NCBI GenBank assembly: GCA_965200525.1
Contig: OZ241368.1
Location: 1,235,513-1,259,512 of the forward strand
From: Kineosporiaceae bacterium
Lineage (GTDB): Bacteria; Actinomycetota; Actinomycetes; Actinomycetales; Kineosporiaceae
Direction: 5' to 3'
DNA: 24,000 nt
Positions 9,466 through 16,946 of this stretch are shown piece after piece. Both the position numbers and the translations under genes were made by a program. The notes beneath the pieces are model-generated. The model was not told the origin of the DNA. It searched no databases and saw nothing but the letters and a program-made list of their open reading frames with translations. Position 1 is the first letter of the stretch. Every line of letters starts with the position of its first letter.

Positions 9466-10643
9466 GGCGTGGCTCCTTCGGGCACGGCGGGATCCTGTTG
9501 GGCGAGAGTTCGACCGACGTCGCGTTGCTGGGCGATCACCCGGTAGCGGCGGACCAGCTCGTAGGCGATGACCACCGACAGCACGATCACGCCCTGGGTG
9601 ATCAGCACGATCTCCTTGGCCACCCCCTCCAGGTCGAGGATCTGCGAGGAGTTGTCGAGGAAGCCGAACAGCAGCGCCCCGATCGCCGCCCCGACCGCGG
9701 TGTTCCGGCCCAGCAGGGCGATCGCGATCCCGGTGAAGCCGAGGCCGGCCGGGAAGTCGAGCGAGTAGGTGTACGAGCTGCCGAGCAGCTGCGGCATGCC
9801 GACCAGCCCGGCCAGCCCGCCCGAGATGAGCATGCTGATCAGGACCATTCGCTTGACGTTGACCCCGCTGGCCACGGCCGCGGCCTCGTTCTGGCCGGTG
9901 GCCCGCAGCTCGAAGCCGAACCGGGTGCGCTCGATCAGGAACCAGTAGGCCGCGCCGGCGATCACGGCCAGCACGATCAGGCCGTAGACCTGGAGCGTGG
10001 AGTCGGGGATCAGGTCGATCCCCGGCACCTGGCCCGACTTGGGGATCGGCTTGGTGCCGATGTTGTTCGAGCCGACCGTCGACACCGCCAGCCGGCCGGG
10101 GGTGAGCAGATAGGCGACCAGGCCGGTGGCGATGAAGTTGAGCATGATCGTCGAGATCACCTCGCTGACCCCGCGGTAGACCTTGAGCAGGCCGGCGATC
10201 GCGGCCCAGCTGCCGCCGACCAGCACGGCGACCACGATGATCAGCCCGACGTGGATCGGCGCGGGCAGGCTGACCGCCCCGCCGACCGAGGCGGCCAGCA
10301 TGGCCGCCAGCCGGTACTGCCCGTCGACCCCGATGTTGAACAGGTTCATCCGGAAGCCGACGGCGACCGCGAGCGCGGCGAAGTAGTACGTGACCGCCGA
10401 GTTGATGATCAGCGTGGTGGTGCGCGGCTGACCGGCGTAGTCGAGCATCACCCTGAAGGTGTGGACCGGCGCTGTGCCGGTCGAGAGCAGCACCAGCGAG
10501 GTGATCACCAGCGAGATCACGATGGCCAGCAGCGGGGCGGCCAGGCTCAGGCCGATCCGCCGGATCCGGTCCTGGGCCAGCAGCCGGCCGGCCGACGCCT
10601 CGGCCCGGGGAGCCGGCGACTGGGCCGGCGCGGTGGTGCTCAT
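9462..10643 (-). CDS. ABC transporter permease (BMP-family / nucleoside-type uptake system, first permease)
   Basis: ORF 9462..11090 trimmed to the ATG at 10641-10643 (MSTTAPAQSP...), which forms an ATGA overlap with the ATPase stop. The upstream extension overlaps the ATPase gene and is Arg/Pro/Gly-rich. The product is polytopic and contains FNIGVDGQY and GRNTAVG. Confidence 0.88.
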   Translation of the reverse strand: MSTTAPAQSPAPRAEASAGRLLAQDRIRRIGLSLAAPLLAIVISLVITSLVLLSTGTAPVHTFRVMLDYAGQPRTTTLIINSAVTYYFAALAVAVGFRMNLFNIGVDGQYRLAAMLAASVGGAVSLPAPIHVGLIIVVAVLVGGSWAAIAGLLKVYRGVSEVISTIMLNFIATGLVAYLLTPGRLAVSTVGSNNIGTKPIPKSGQVPGIDLIPDSTLQVYGLIVLAVIAGAAYWFLIERTRFGFELRATGQNEAAAVASGVNVKRMVLISMLISGGLAGLVGMPQLLGSSYTYSLDFPAGLGFTGIAIALLGRNTAVGAAIGALLFGFLDNSSQILDLEGVAKEIVLITQGVIVLSVVIAYELVRRYRVIAQQRDVGRTLAQQDPAVPEGATP

Positions 10644-12187
10644 GCTGCTCCTGTCATGGCCGAGCCGAGTTGCTCCGGGGTGACGTCGGACGGGTCGACG
10701 TCGGCGACCAGGCGACCGCGCAGGATCACCGTCAGGGTGTCGGAGAGGCCGATCAGCTCGTCGAGATCGGCGCTGATCAGCAGCACGGCCAGGCCCTCGG
10801 CCCGGGCCGCGCGGAGCAGGTCCCAGATGGCGGCCTGGGCGCCGACGTCGACCCCGCGGGTCGGGTGGGCCGCGATCAGCAGCTTGGGCGCCCCGCTCAT
10901 CTCCCGACCGACGATCAGCTTCTGCTGGTTGCCCCCGGACAGGGCCGAGGCCAGCACGTCGATGGACGGCGTGCGGACGTCGTACTCCCGCACGATCCGG
11001 CGGGTGTCGGCCCGGGCGCCGGAGCGGTTGATCAGCAGGCCACGCCGGTTGGGGGCCCGGGTCTGGTGGCCCAGCACCCGGTTCTCCCACAGCGACGAGG
11101 CCACCAGCAGGCCGTGACGTTGCCGGTCCTCGGGGATGAACCCGCAGCCGGCCTCGCGCCGGCGCCGGGTGGACCAGGTGGTCATGTCCTCACCGGAGAG
11201 CCGGATCTGCCCGGTGGAGGCGGGCCGCATGCCCATGATCGCCTCAACCAGCTCGGCCTGGCCGTTGCCCTCGACCCCGGCGATGCCGAGCACCTCGCCG
11301 GCGTGGATGGTGAAGCCGATGCCTTCGAGCAGCTGCCGGCCGTCGTCGTCCACCAGCCCGAGGTCGGTGACTTCGAGCACCGGCCGGTCGGTCACGGTCG
11401 ACTCGCTGGTCTGCGGCGACGGCAGTTCGCTGCCCACCATCAGCTCGGCCAGCTGCCGGGAGGTGACCTGCTTCGGGTCGACCGTGGCCACCGTGGTGCC
11501 CCGGCGCATCACCGTGATGTCGTCGGCCACCGAGAGCACCTCGTCGAGCTTGTGCGAGATGAAGATGATCGACAGGCCCTGGCTCTTGAGCTCCTCCAGG
11601 GCGTGGAACAGCTCGTCGACCTCCTGCGGCACCAGCACGGCGGTCGGCTCGTCGAGGACCAGCGTGCGGGCCCCGCGGTAGAGCACCTTGATGATCTCGA
11701 CCCGCTGCCGGTCGCCCACGCCGAGCCGCTCGACCAGGGCGTCGGGGTCGACCTCGAGGCCGTACCGGGCCCCGATCTCGCGAATCTTCTGCCGGGCGAA
11801 CTCGCGGTCGAGCCCGAGGCCCTTGCGCGGTTCGGCGCCGAGCACGACGTTCTCCAGCACGGTGAAGTTGTCGGCCAGCATGAAGTGCTGGTGCACCATG
11901 CCCACGCCGCGGGCGATCGCATCGGCCGGGCTGTGCAGCACGACCTGTTCGCCCTCGATCGCGATCGTGCCCTCGTCGGGGCGGTGCATCCCGTACAGGG
12001 TCTTCATCAGGGTCGACTTGCCGGCGCCGTTCTCACCCACCACGGCGTGCACGGTGCCCCGGGCCACCCGCAGGTTGACGTCGCGGTTGGCCACCACCCC
12101 CGGAAACCGCTTCGTGATGCCGATCAGCTCGACCGCAGCCGGGATCGGATCGGCGCTCGCCTCCGTGCTCGCTACCTCGGTGCTCAC
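10640..12187 (-). CDS. ABC transporter ATP-binding protein with two fused ABC domains
   Basis: 515-aa ORF with a GTG start and GGAAAGG 7 nt upstream. It has Walker A GENGAGKST, Walker B LVLDEPT, a degenerate second P-loop GVEGNGQ, and the signature LSGGNQQK. Confidence 0.92.
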   Translation of the reverse strand: MSTEVASTEASADPIPAAVELIGITKRFPGVVANRDVNLRVARGTVHAVVGENGAGKSTLMKTLYGMHRPDEGTIAIEGEQVVLHSPADAIARGVGMVHQHFMLADNFTVLENVVLGAEPRKGLGLDREFARQKIREIGARYGLEVDPDALVERLGVGDRQRVEIIKVLYRGARTLVLDEPTAVLVPQEVDELFHALEELKSQGLSIIFISHKLDEVLSVADDITVMRRGTTVATVDPKQVTSRQLAELMVGSELPSPQTSESTVTDRPVLEVTDLGLVDDDGRQLLEGIGFTIHAGEVLGIAGVEGNGQAELVEAIMGMRPASTGQIRLSGEDMTTWSTRRRREAGCGFIPEDRQRHGLLVASSLWENRVLGHQTRAPNRRGLLINRSGARADTRRIVREYDVRTPSIDVLASALSGGNQQKLIVGREMSGAPKLLIAAHPTRGVDVGAQAAIWDLLRAARAEGLAVLLISADLDELIGLSDTLTVILRGRLVADVDPSDVTPEQLGSAMTGAA

Positions 12188-12300
12188 CGCGACACCTTTC
12201 CGACCTCGCGCCTTCTCGACCGTTCCGGGACGAACGACAACCTAACCACCCCCACCGACAGACACCGCACCGCCGGTCGAACTGTTCCCCGATCGGCCCA

Positions 12301-12344
12301 CGGCACCGCCTCGCAACCGCCTCGGGACCGCCTCGGGACCGCCT
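12301..12344. repeat. Four tandem 11-bp repeats (CGSNACCGCCT) in the SBP-ATPase intercistronic spacer
   Basis: Read directly from the sequence: cggcaccgcct cgcaaccgcct cgggaccgcct cgggaccgcct (12301-12344). Confidence 0.75.
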
Positions 12345-12350
12345 GGAACT

Positions 12351-12393
12351 CAGCCGCCGTCCCGGCCCGGAAGTCGGGCCGGAACGGCGGCTG
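12351..12393 (-). terminator. Intercistronic GC-rich hairpin downstream of the binding-protein gene (candidate partial terminator or mRNA-stabilising stem)
   Basis: CAGCCGCCGT-c-CCGGCCCG (12351-12369) pairs with CGGGCCGG-a-ACGGCGGCTG (12375-12393). This gives 18 bp with one mismatch and a 5-nt loop. It begins 29 nt after the BMP gene stop and has no U-tract. Confidence 0.55.
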
Positions 12394-12422
12394 GGTGAAT
12401 CGGACCTGCTGTACCGCTGGTG

Positions 12423-13475
12423 CTACGGCGCGGTCGGGACCGTGATCTCGCCGCTGATGATCTTGGCCTTGTACTCGTCCGTCTTGGCCTCGTAGGGCTT
12501 GACCGCGTCGTTGGACGTGGCGTAGCCGACGCCGTCCGACTTGAGGTCGAACCGCTGAGTGCCGGTCAGGACGGAGCCGCCCACGGCCGACTTCACGTAG
12601 TCGTAGACCGCGGTGTCGACCCGCTTGAGCATCGACGTGACGATGACCGGCTTCACCGAGGCGTCGGCGGTCAGGTACTGGTCGGAGTCGACGCCGATGG
12701 CGAGCGCGCCGGACTTGGCCGCGACCGCCTTGAACGCGCCCGAGCCGGACCCACCGGCCGCGGCGTAGATGACGTCGGCCTTGTCGTCGAGCTGGCCCTG
12801 GGCCGCGGCCTCACCCTTGTCGGGGGCGTTGAAGCCGCTGAAGTCCGGCGGCTGGGTCAGGTACTTGACCTTGACGACGATCTTCGGGTTGACCGCCTTG
12901 GCACCGGCCGTGTAGCCGGCCTCGAACTTCTGCAGCAGCGGGGTGAGCACACCACCGATGTAGCCGATGGTGCCGGTCTTCGAGGCCTGAGCGGCGATGG
13001 TGCCGACCAGGAACGAGCCCTGCTCCTCGGAGAACACCAGCGGCGTGACGTTGGCGGCCTTGATCGAGTCATCATCGATGATCGCGAAGTGGGTGTCGGG
13101 GAACTCCTTGGCCACCTTGCCAAGGGCTACCGCGTAGGCGAAGCCGACCGCGACGACCGGGTTGTACCCACCCTGGGCGAGCAGCCGGAGCCGCTCCTCC
13201 TTCTGGGCGTCGGTCTCGCCTGCGCTGGCTTCGAGCTCCTTGGCCTGGATGCCGAGTTCGCTCTTGGCCTTGTCCAGGCCGAGGGCGGCCGAGTCGTTGA
13301 AGGACTGGTCGCCGCGACCGCCGATGTCGTAGGCCATGCCGACCTTGACGTCCGACTTGGCCGCCGTCGTACCGGACGAAGCGGGAGTAGCGGTGCTGTC
13401 ACTGTCACTGCCACACGCAGCCAGCCCGAGGGTCACGGCAGCAAGCACCGTGACTAGCTTGGTCACCCGACGCAC
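12423..13475 (-). CDS. BMP-family ABC transporter substrate-binding lipoprotein (nucleoside-binding type)
   Basis: ORF 12423..13568. A lipoprotein signal is present: RRVTKLVTVLAAVTLGLAAC with lipobox LAAC. The BMP motif RGDQSFND is present. I place the start at GTG 13473-13475, which is preceded by AAGGAGG with 5-nt spacing. The ATG at 13488-13490 (MKEAPV...) is the alternative. Confidence 0.88.
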   Translation of the reverse strand: MRRVTKLVTVLAAVTLGLAACGSDSDSTATPASSGTTAAKSDVKVGMAYDIGGRGDQSFNDSAALGLDKAKSELGIQAKELEASAGETDAQKEERLRLLAQGGYNPVVAVGFAYAVALGKVAKEFPDTHFAIIDDDSIKAANVTPLVFSEEQGSFLVGTIAAQASKTGTIGYIGGVLTPLLQKFEAGYTAGAKAVNPKIVVKVKYLTQPPDFSGFNAPDKGEAAAQGQLDDKADVIYAAAGGSGSGAFKAVAAKSGALAIGVDSDQYLTADASVKPVIVTSMLKRVDTAVYDYVKSAVGGSVLTGTQRFDLKSDGVGYATSNDAVKPYEAKTDEYKAKIISGEITVPTAP

Positions 13476-13729
13476 AGGTGCCTCCTTCATGACGACGCAA
13501 TATCCGACCGCGCGGTGCGCGGTGGCCGATCGTTCCGGCTCCGAAGAAGCCGGTATCAGGGGGACCATAGTGTGTCGGGAGGGCGATTCGGGGCCCTAGG
13601 GCCTTTCGGTGGCCGAACCGTGATCGACGTAAATCCGGCGGTGGTTCGCGCTTCCGCCCGTCGTATTCGCGGCCGAGGGGGACAGATCGCACAAAGCGAT
13701 CGGCCGACACTCCACCGTCACGGCTGCGG
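13476..13729 (-). promoter_or_regulatory. Structured 5' leader / promoter region of the nucleoside ABC operon (class unknown)
   Basis: Nested inverted repeats on the transcribed strand (plus-strand coordinates): gatcgc/gcgatc 13685-13701, ccggct/agccgg 13535-13553, accgcgc/gcgcggt 13507-13523. A long-range pair gtgtcgg 13572-13578 / ccgacac 13704-13710 encloses about 130 nt. There is a perfect palindrome GGCCCTAGGGCC at 13592-13603 and a duplicated AGGGGGAC at 13558 and 13676. Confidence 0.4.
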
Positions 13730-14917
13730 TCACGGTTGAGTCGTGCGCGAGCGCAGGTCCTCCAGCGCGATCGAGCCGAGCACCGCCGCGGCCAGCGCGA
13801 CCGCCCGCTCGTCGACGTCGAAGTCGGGCCGGTGCAGGTCGTGGGTCGTGCCGCCCGGGGTCCGGGTGCCGAGCCGGACCATCGCCCCGGGCACCTTCTC
13901 CAGCATCCAGGCGAAGTCCTCGCCGCCCAGGCTCTGCGGGGTGAGCACCACGCTCTGCTCGCCGATCTCGGCCCGGACCGCGTTCTCGGCGATCTGGACG
14001 GCAGCGGCGTCGTTGATCGTGGGCGGCACCCCCCGGGTGTGGATCACCTCGGCCCGGACCCCGTAGGGCGCGACGATCTCGTGGACGGCGTCCGTGATGA
14101 TCGATCCGGCGATCGCCCAGATCCCGGCGTCGAGGCAGCGGAACGTGCCCCGGACGACGCCCTGGCTGGGGATGGCGTTCGAGGCCACCCCGGCCGAGAT
14201 GGCGCCCCAGACCATGCTCGCCCCCGAGCGCGGGTCGAGCCGGCGGGAGAGCACGCCCGGCACCCCGGTGACGACCAGGCCGAGCGCGTAGATCACGTCC
14301 TCGGTCAGGTGCGGCCTCGAGGTGTGCCCGCCGTGCCCGGTGAGCTGGACCGTGATCTGATCCGAGGCGGCGGTGATCGCTCCGGCCCGGGAGCCGACCA
14401 GGCCGACGTCGGTGTGCGGGTCGCAGTGCAGCGCGTAGGCCCGCTCGACGTCGTCCAGGCCGCCGAGCGCGAGCACGTCCAGCGCCCCACCAGGCATCAG
14501 TTCCTCGGCGGGCTGGAAGATCAGCCGGACCCGGCCCGGCAACTGCCCGGCCCGGTGCAGGTCGGCCAGGGCCAGACCGGCCCCGAGCAGGCCGGTGGTG
14601 TGCACGTCGTGGCCGCAGGCGTGAGCCACCCCCTCGATCGTGGAGGACCACTCCCGGCCGCACTGGTCCGGCAGGGGCAGCGCGTCGAGGTCGGCCCGCA
14701 GGGCGACCAGCGGGCCGCCGGAACCGACGTCACAGATCACTCCGGTGCCGGCCAGCAACCGCGGCTCGAGCCCGGCCCGGGTCAGCCGCTCGGCAACCAC
14801 GCGAGAGCTGCGCACCTCGTGATGTCCCAGCTCAGGATGGGCATGGAGGTCGCGGCGGAAGGCCAGAAGTTCGTCGGCGTAGGGCGCCAGGACGGTCGAT
14901 AAGCGCGGGGTGCTCAC
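13730..14917 (-). CDS. M20D-family amidohydrolase (N-acyl-L-amino acid amidohydrolase / hippurate hydrolase type)
   Basis: ORF 13730..15061 trimmed to the GTG at 14915-14917 (VSTPRLSTVLAPYADELLAFRRDLHAHPELG), which is where family similarity begins. Motifs: HAHPELG, ALRADLDALP, HACGHD, GGEDFA. Confidence 0.85.
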   Translation of the reverse strand: MSTPRLSTVLAPYADELLAFRRDLHAHPELGHHEVRSSRVVAERLTRAGLEPRLLAGTGVICDVGSGGPLVALRADLDALPLPDQCGREWSSTIEGVAHACGHDVHTTGLLGAGLALADLHRAGQLPGRVRLIFQPAEELMPGGALDVLALGGLDDVERAYALHCDPHTDVGLVGSRAGAITAASDQITVQLTGHGGHTSRPHLTEDVIYALGLVVTGVPGVLSRRLDPRSGASMVWGAISAGVASNAIPSQGVVRGTFRCLDAGIWAIAGSIITDAVHEIVAPYGVRAEVIHTRGVPPTINDAAAVQIAENAVRAEIGEQSVVLTPQSLGGEDFAWMLEKVPGAMVRLGTRTPGGTTHDLHRPDFDVDERAVALAAAVLGSIALEDLRSRTTQP

Positions 14918-15150
14918 GAAGTCACAACAGTAGACCCATGTGCCCGATCGAGCCTGGTGGGGCCACACCCTGGAGCCCCCCGATTCCCTGCCCCAGGGCG
15001 TGGCCCACGACCGGCGCCGCCCCGGCTCGGGGCGCGACCGGCCAGAGCGAAAGTAGGGCACCGCCCGGGCCGGCGGCGAGGCGTGCAGCAGCTTCGGCCA
15101 GAAATCACCGCCGGGCCGGGGCCACGAGGCGACTAATGACGCCGCGTGCC

Positions 15151-15176
15151 TAGATGATCACTTAATGCAATTACTG
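15151..15176 (+). promoter_or_regulatory. Local AT-rich patch spanning the promoter-proximal region and the first 4 codons of the orphan gene
   Basis: tagatgatcacttaatgcaattactg has about 8 G/C in 26 nt within a very GC-rich background. It contains TAGATG 9 nt upstream of the ATG (a possible -10 for a short-leader or leaderless mRNA) and a TGATCA palindrome. Confidence 0.3.
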
Positions 15177-16904
15177 CAGGCGACCGTCGCCCCCGAGCTC
15201 GTCGTCACCGGATGGGCCGAGGTCCGGCGCGAGCTGAAGCGCTCCCTGTCTGCGCCTCGCCTCGACCTGACCGGACCCGGCCGGCCGGGCCCGGACGAGA
15301 TCCCGGTCGCCCACCCGATCCTGCGGACCCAGCTCGACCAGGCACTGGGCCGCCTGGTCGACTCGGGCCGGCTGACCCTCGACGACTCCGACGCCTGGCG
15401 GACCGCCGCCTGCCTGAACGGGGTGCATGCGGTGCTCACAGCGGACAGCGCGGCTGGTGGCGCAGTCCCGGACGGCCGGGTCCGGCGGGCGGTGGAACGG
15501 GCCGACCGGGCTCTGGGGCCGGTGGAGGTGCCGTTGCCCGGCGTGCCGCTGAACCTGCTCCAGGCCGCCGTGCTGGACGCGGCCCGCCCCGGCTTCGAGA
15601 CCTCGACCGAGAGCCGCCTCGGCGACCTGCACGACCTGCGCCGGCTGGTCGCCCTGGACCAGCGGGTGCTGGCCGGGTTGAACCAGGCCGCCGGGCAGGC
15701 CGAGCGCGCGCTGGCCGGTCGGCCCGGAGCCACCCTGGTCAGCTGCACCGTGGGGCACCTGCACGATCTGATCCGCTTCGGCGCAGCCGGGCCGACCCGG
15801 TGCCCGGCCTGCGCCCGGGCCGGCGAGCGCCGGCTCGGCCGCAGCCTGGTCCGGGCTCTGGGCCTGCTGACCTGCTGCTGGTTCGCGGCGCTGGCCACCT
15901 CCCGGCCGGCCCGGAGCGTCGCCGCGCCCCTGGTCGCGCCCCGATCGCCGATCGACGACGTCGAGCCGGACGACCGGCTGGTCTCGGCCGACGCGCTGGC
16001 CGCTCGGGCCCGGACCCTCTGGGACACCGGCCGGGTTCGGGAACTGCGCCCCCTGATGGGAACGCTGTTGACCCGGACCCGGGAACTGTCCCCGGACGAG
16101 CGGGCCGAGGTCGGGCACCTGCATTCGACCCTGCTCTGGGTGCTCCACCATCCGGCCGCCAACCAGGTGCTGGAGCGCGAGCTCCGGGCCCTGCCGGCGG
16201 ACGGCGGATCCCCCCGGAGGGCGGTGATCCGGGGCCGGCTGGAGGCCGAACTGCTCTTCCGGACGGCGGTCCGGGGTCCGGTGACCGGGTCGCTGCTCGA
16301 CCGGCTGGCCCGTAGCGCCCGGCGCACCGAGCAACTGCTGGCCGGCCTGCCGGAGGCCCACGATCAGGTCGCCCTCAGCCGGATGAGCAGCGCCGCGGCC
16401 GGCCTGGCCGATCCGGCCCCGACCCTGGAGCAGGCCCGGCTGCGGCTGGGCGCCGAGCAACTCGCCGCCGCGACCCCGGAGCCGGGCAGCTGGGCCGCGG
16501 GCTGGCACGGTGGGGTGCTCACCGTGCTGATCGCCCGCCGGGCCCGGGCCCGGCGGGAGCGGCCCGGCGACGACGTCCTCGAGGCGGCCCGGGCCCACGC
16601 CGAGCAGACGGCGTCCCCGATCCACCAGATCACCGCGGCCTGTCTGGAGGGCCGGATCGCCGTGCTGGCCGGCGACCGCGGCGCCACCCGCACCGCCCTG
16701 GCCCGGCTGGCCGCTCACGACCTAGCCGGCGACGACCCATTGACCACCGAGGTCGCCCTGCTGACGTCGGTGATCCGGGACCGGGCCCGCTCGACTCGGG
16801 GCTGGAACGAGGTGCTGGCCGATTCGGTCGGTCTGGCCCGGTGTGCCGGCCCGGGGCCGGGCAGCATCATGCTGCCGACCTGGCTCACCCCGCGGACCTG
16901 GTGA
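15165..16904 (+). CDS. Hypothetical protein, 579 aa (Cys/His cluster + hydrophobic segment + long helical C-terminal region); no family recognised
   Basis: G/C at codon position 3 throughout this frame. The overlapping ORFs 15158..16327(-), 15171..16718(-) and 15212..16315(+) translate to Arg/Pro/Gly-rich low-complexity sequence. There is no alternative in-frame start for about 84 codons. Confidence 0.75.
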   Translation: MQLLQATVAPELVVTGWAEVRRELKRSLSAPRLDLTGPGRPGPDEIPVAHPILRTQLDQALGRLVDSGRLTLDDSDAWRTAACLNGVHAVLTADSAAGGAVPDGRVRRAVERADRALGPVEVPLPGVPLNLLQAAVLDAARPGFETSTESRLGDLHDLRRLVALDQRVLAGLNQAAGQAERALAGRPGATLVSCTVGHLHDLIRFGAAGPTRCPACARAGERRLGRSLVRALGLLTCCWFAALATSRPARSVAAPLVAPRSPIDDVEPDDRLVSADALAARARTLWDTGRVRELRPLMGTLLTRTRELSPDERAEVGHLHSTLLWVLHHPAANQVLERELRALPADGGSPRRAVIRGRLEAELLFRTAVRGPVTGSLLDRLARSARRTEQLLAGLPEAHDQVALSRMSSAAAGLADPAPTLEQARLRLGAEQLAAATPEPGSWAAGWHGGVLTVLIARRARARRERPGDDVLEAARAHAEQTASPIHQITAACLEGRIAVLAGDRGATRTALARLAAHDLAGDDPLTTEVALLTSVIRDRARSTRGWNEVLADSVGLARCAGPGPGSIMLPTWLTPRTW

Positions 16905-16931
16905 ACCCGCGAGTGAGCCCGCGAGTGAGCC
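16882..16931. repeat. 12-bp tandem duplication (CCCGCGAGTGAG x2, 16906-16929) forming the right arm(s) of a hairpin that encloses the stop codon of the orphan gene
   Basis: ggctcac-cc-cgcgg (16882-16895) pairs with ccgcg-a-gtgagcc (16907-16919). The duplicated unit offers a second copy of the GTGAGCC arm (16925-16931). It lies in the 42-bp spacer between convergent stops (16904 and 16947). Confidence 0.55.
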
Positions 16932-16946
16932 CACGGACCGCCGGTC

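Noticed and set aside
13476-13729. The leader might be a 6C-type sRNA (two C-rich motifs, GTCCCCCT twice) or a known purine, ZTP or PRPP riboswitch.
   Set aside because: The C-runs are only 5 nt long and 118 nt apart, unlike the compact two-hairpin 6C RNA. I could not find the conserved cores of the riboswitch classes I know. The region is kept only as a structured leader of unknown class.
15165-16904. The orphan protein might be a terpene synthase or prenyltransferase (acidic runs LDDSD and DDVEPDD), or a canonical ZAS anti-sigma factor.
   Set aside because: Neither acidic run fits DDxxD/E spacing. The Cys/His cluster is mid-protein and does not match the N-terminal H-x3-C-x2-C ZAS motif. 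No sigma factor gene is adjacent.
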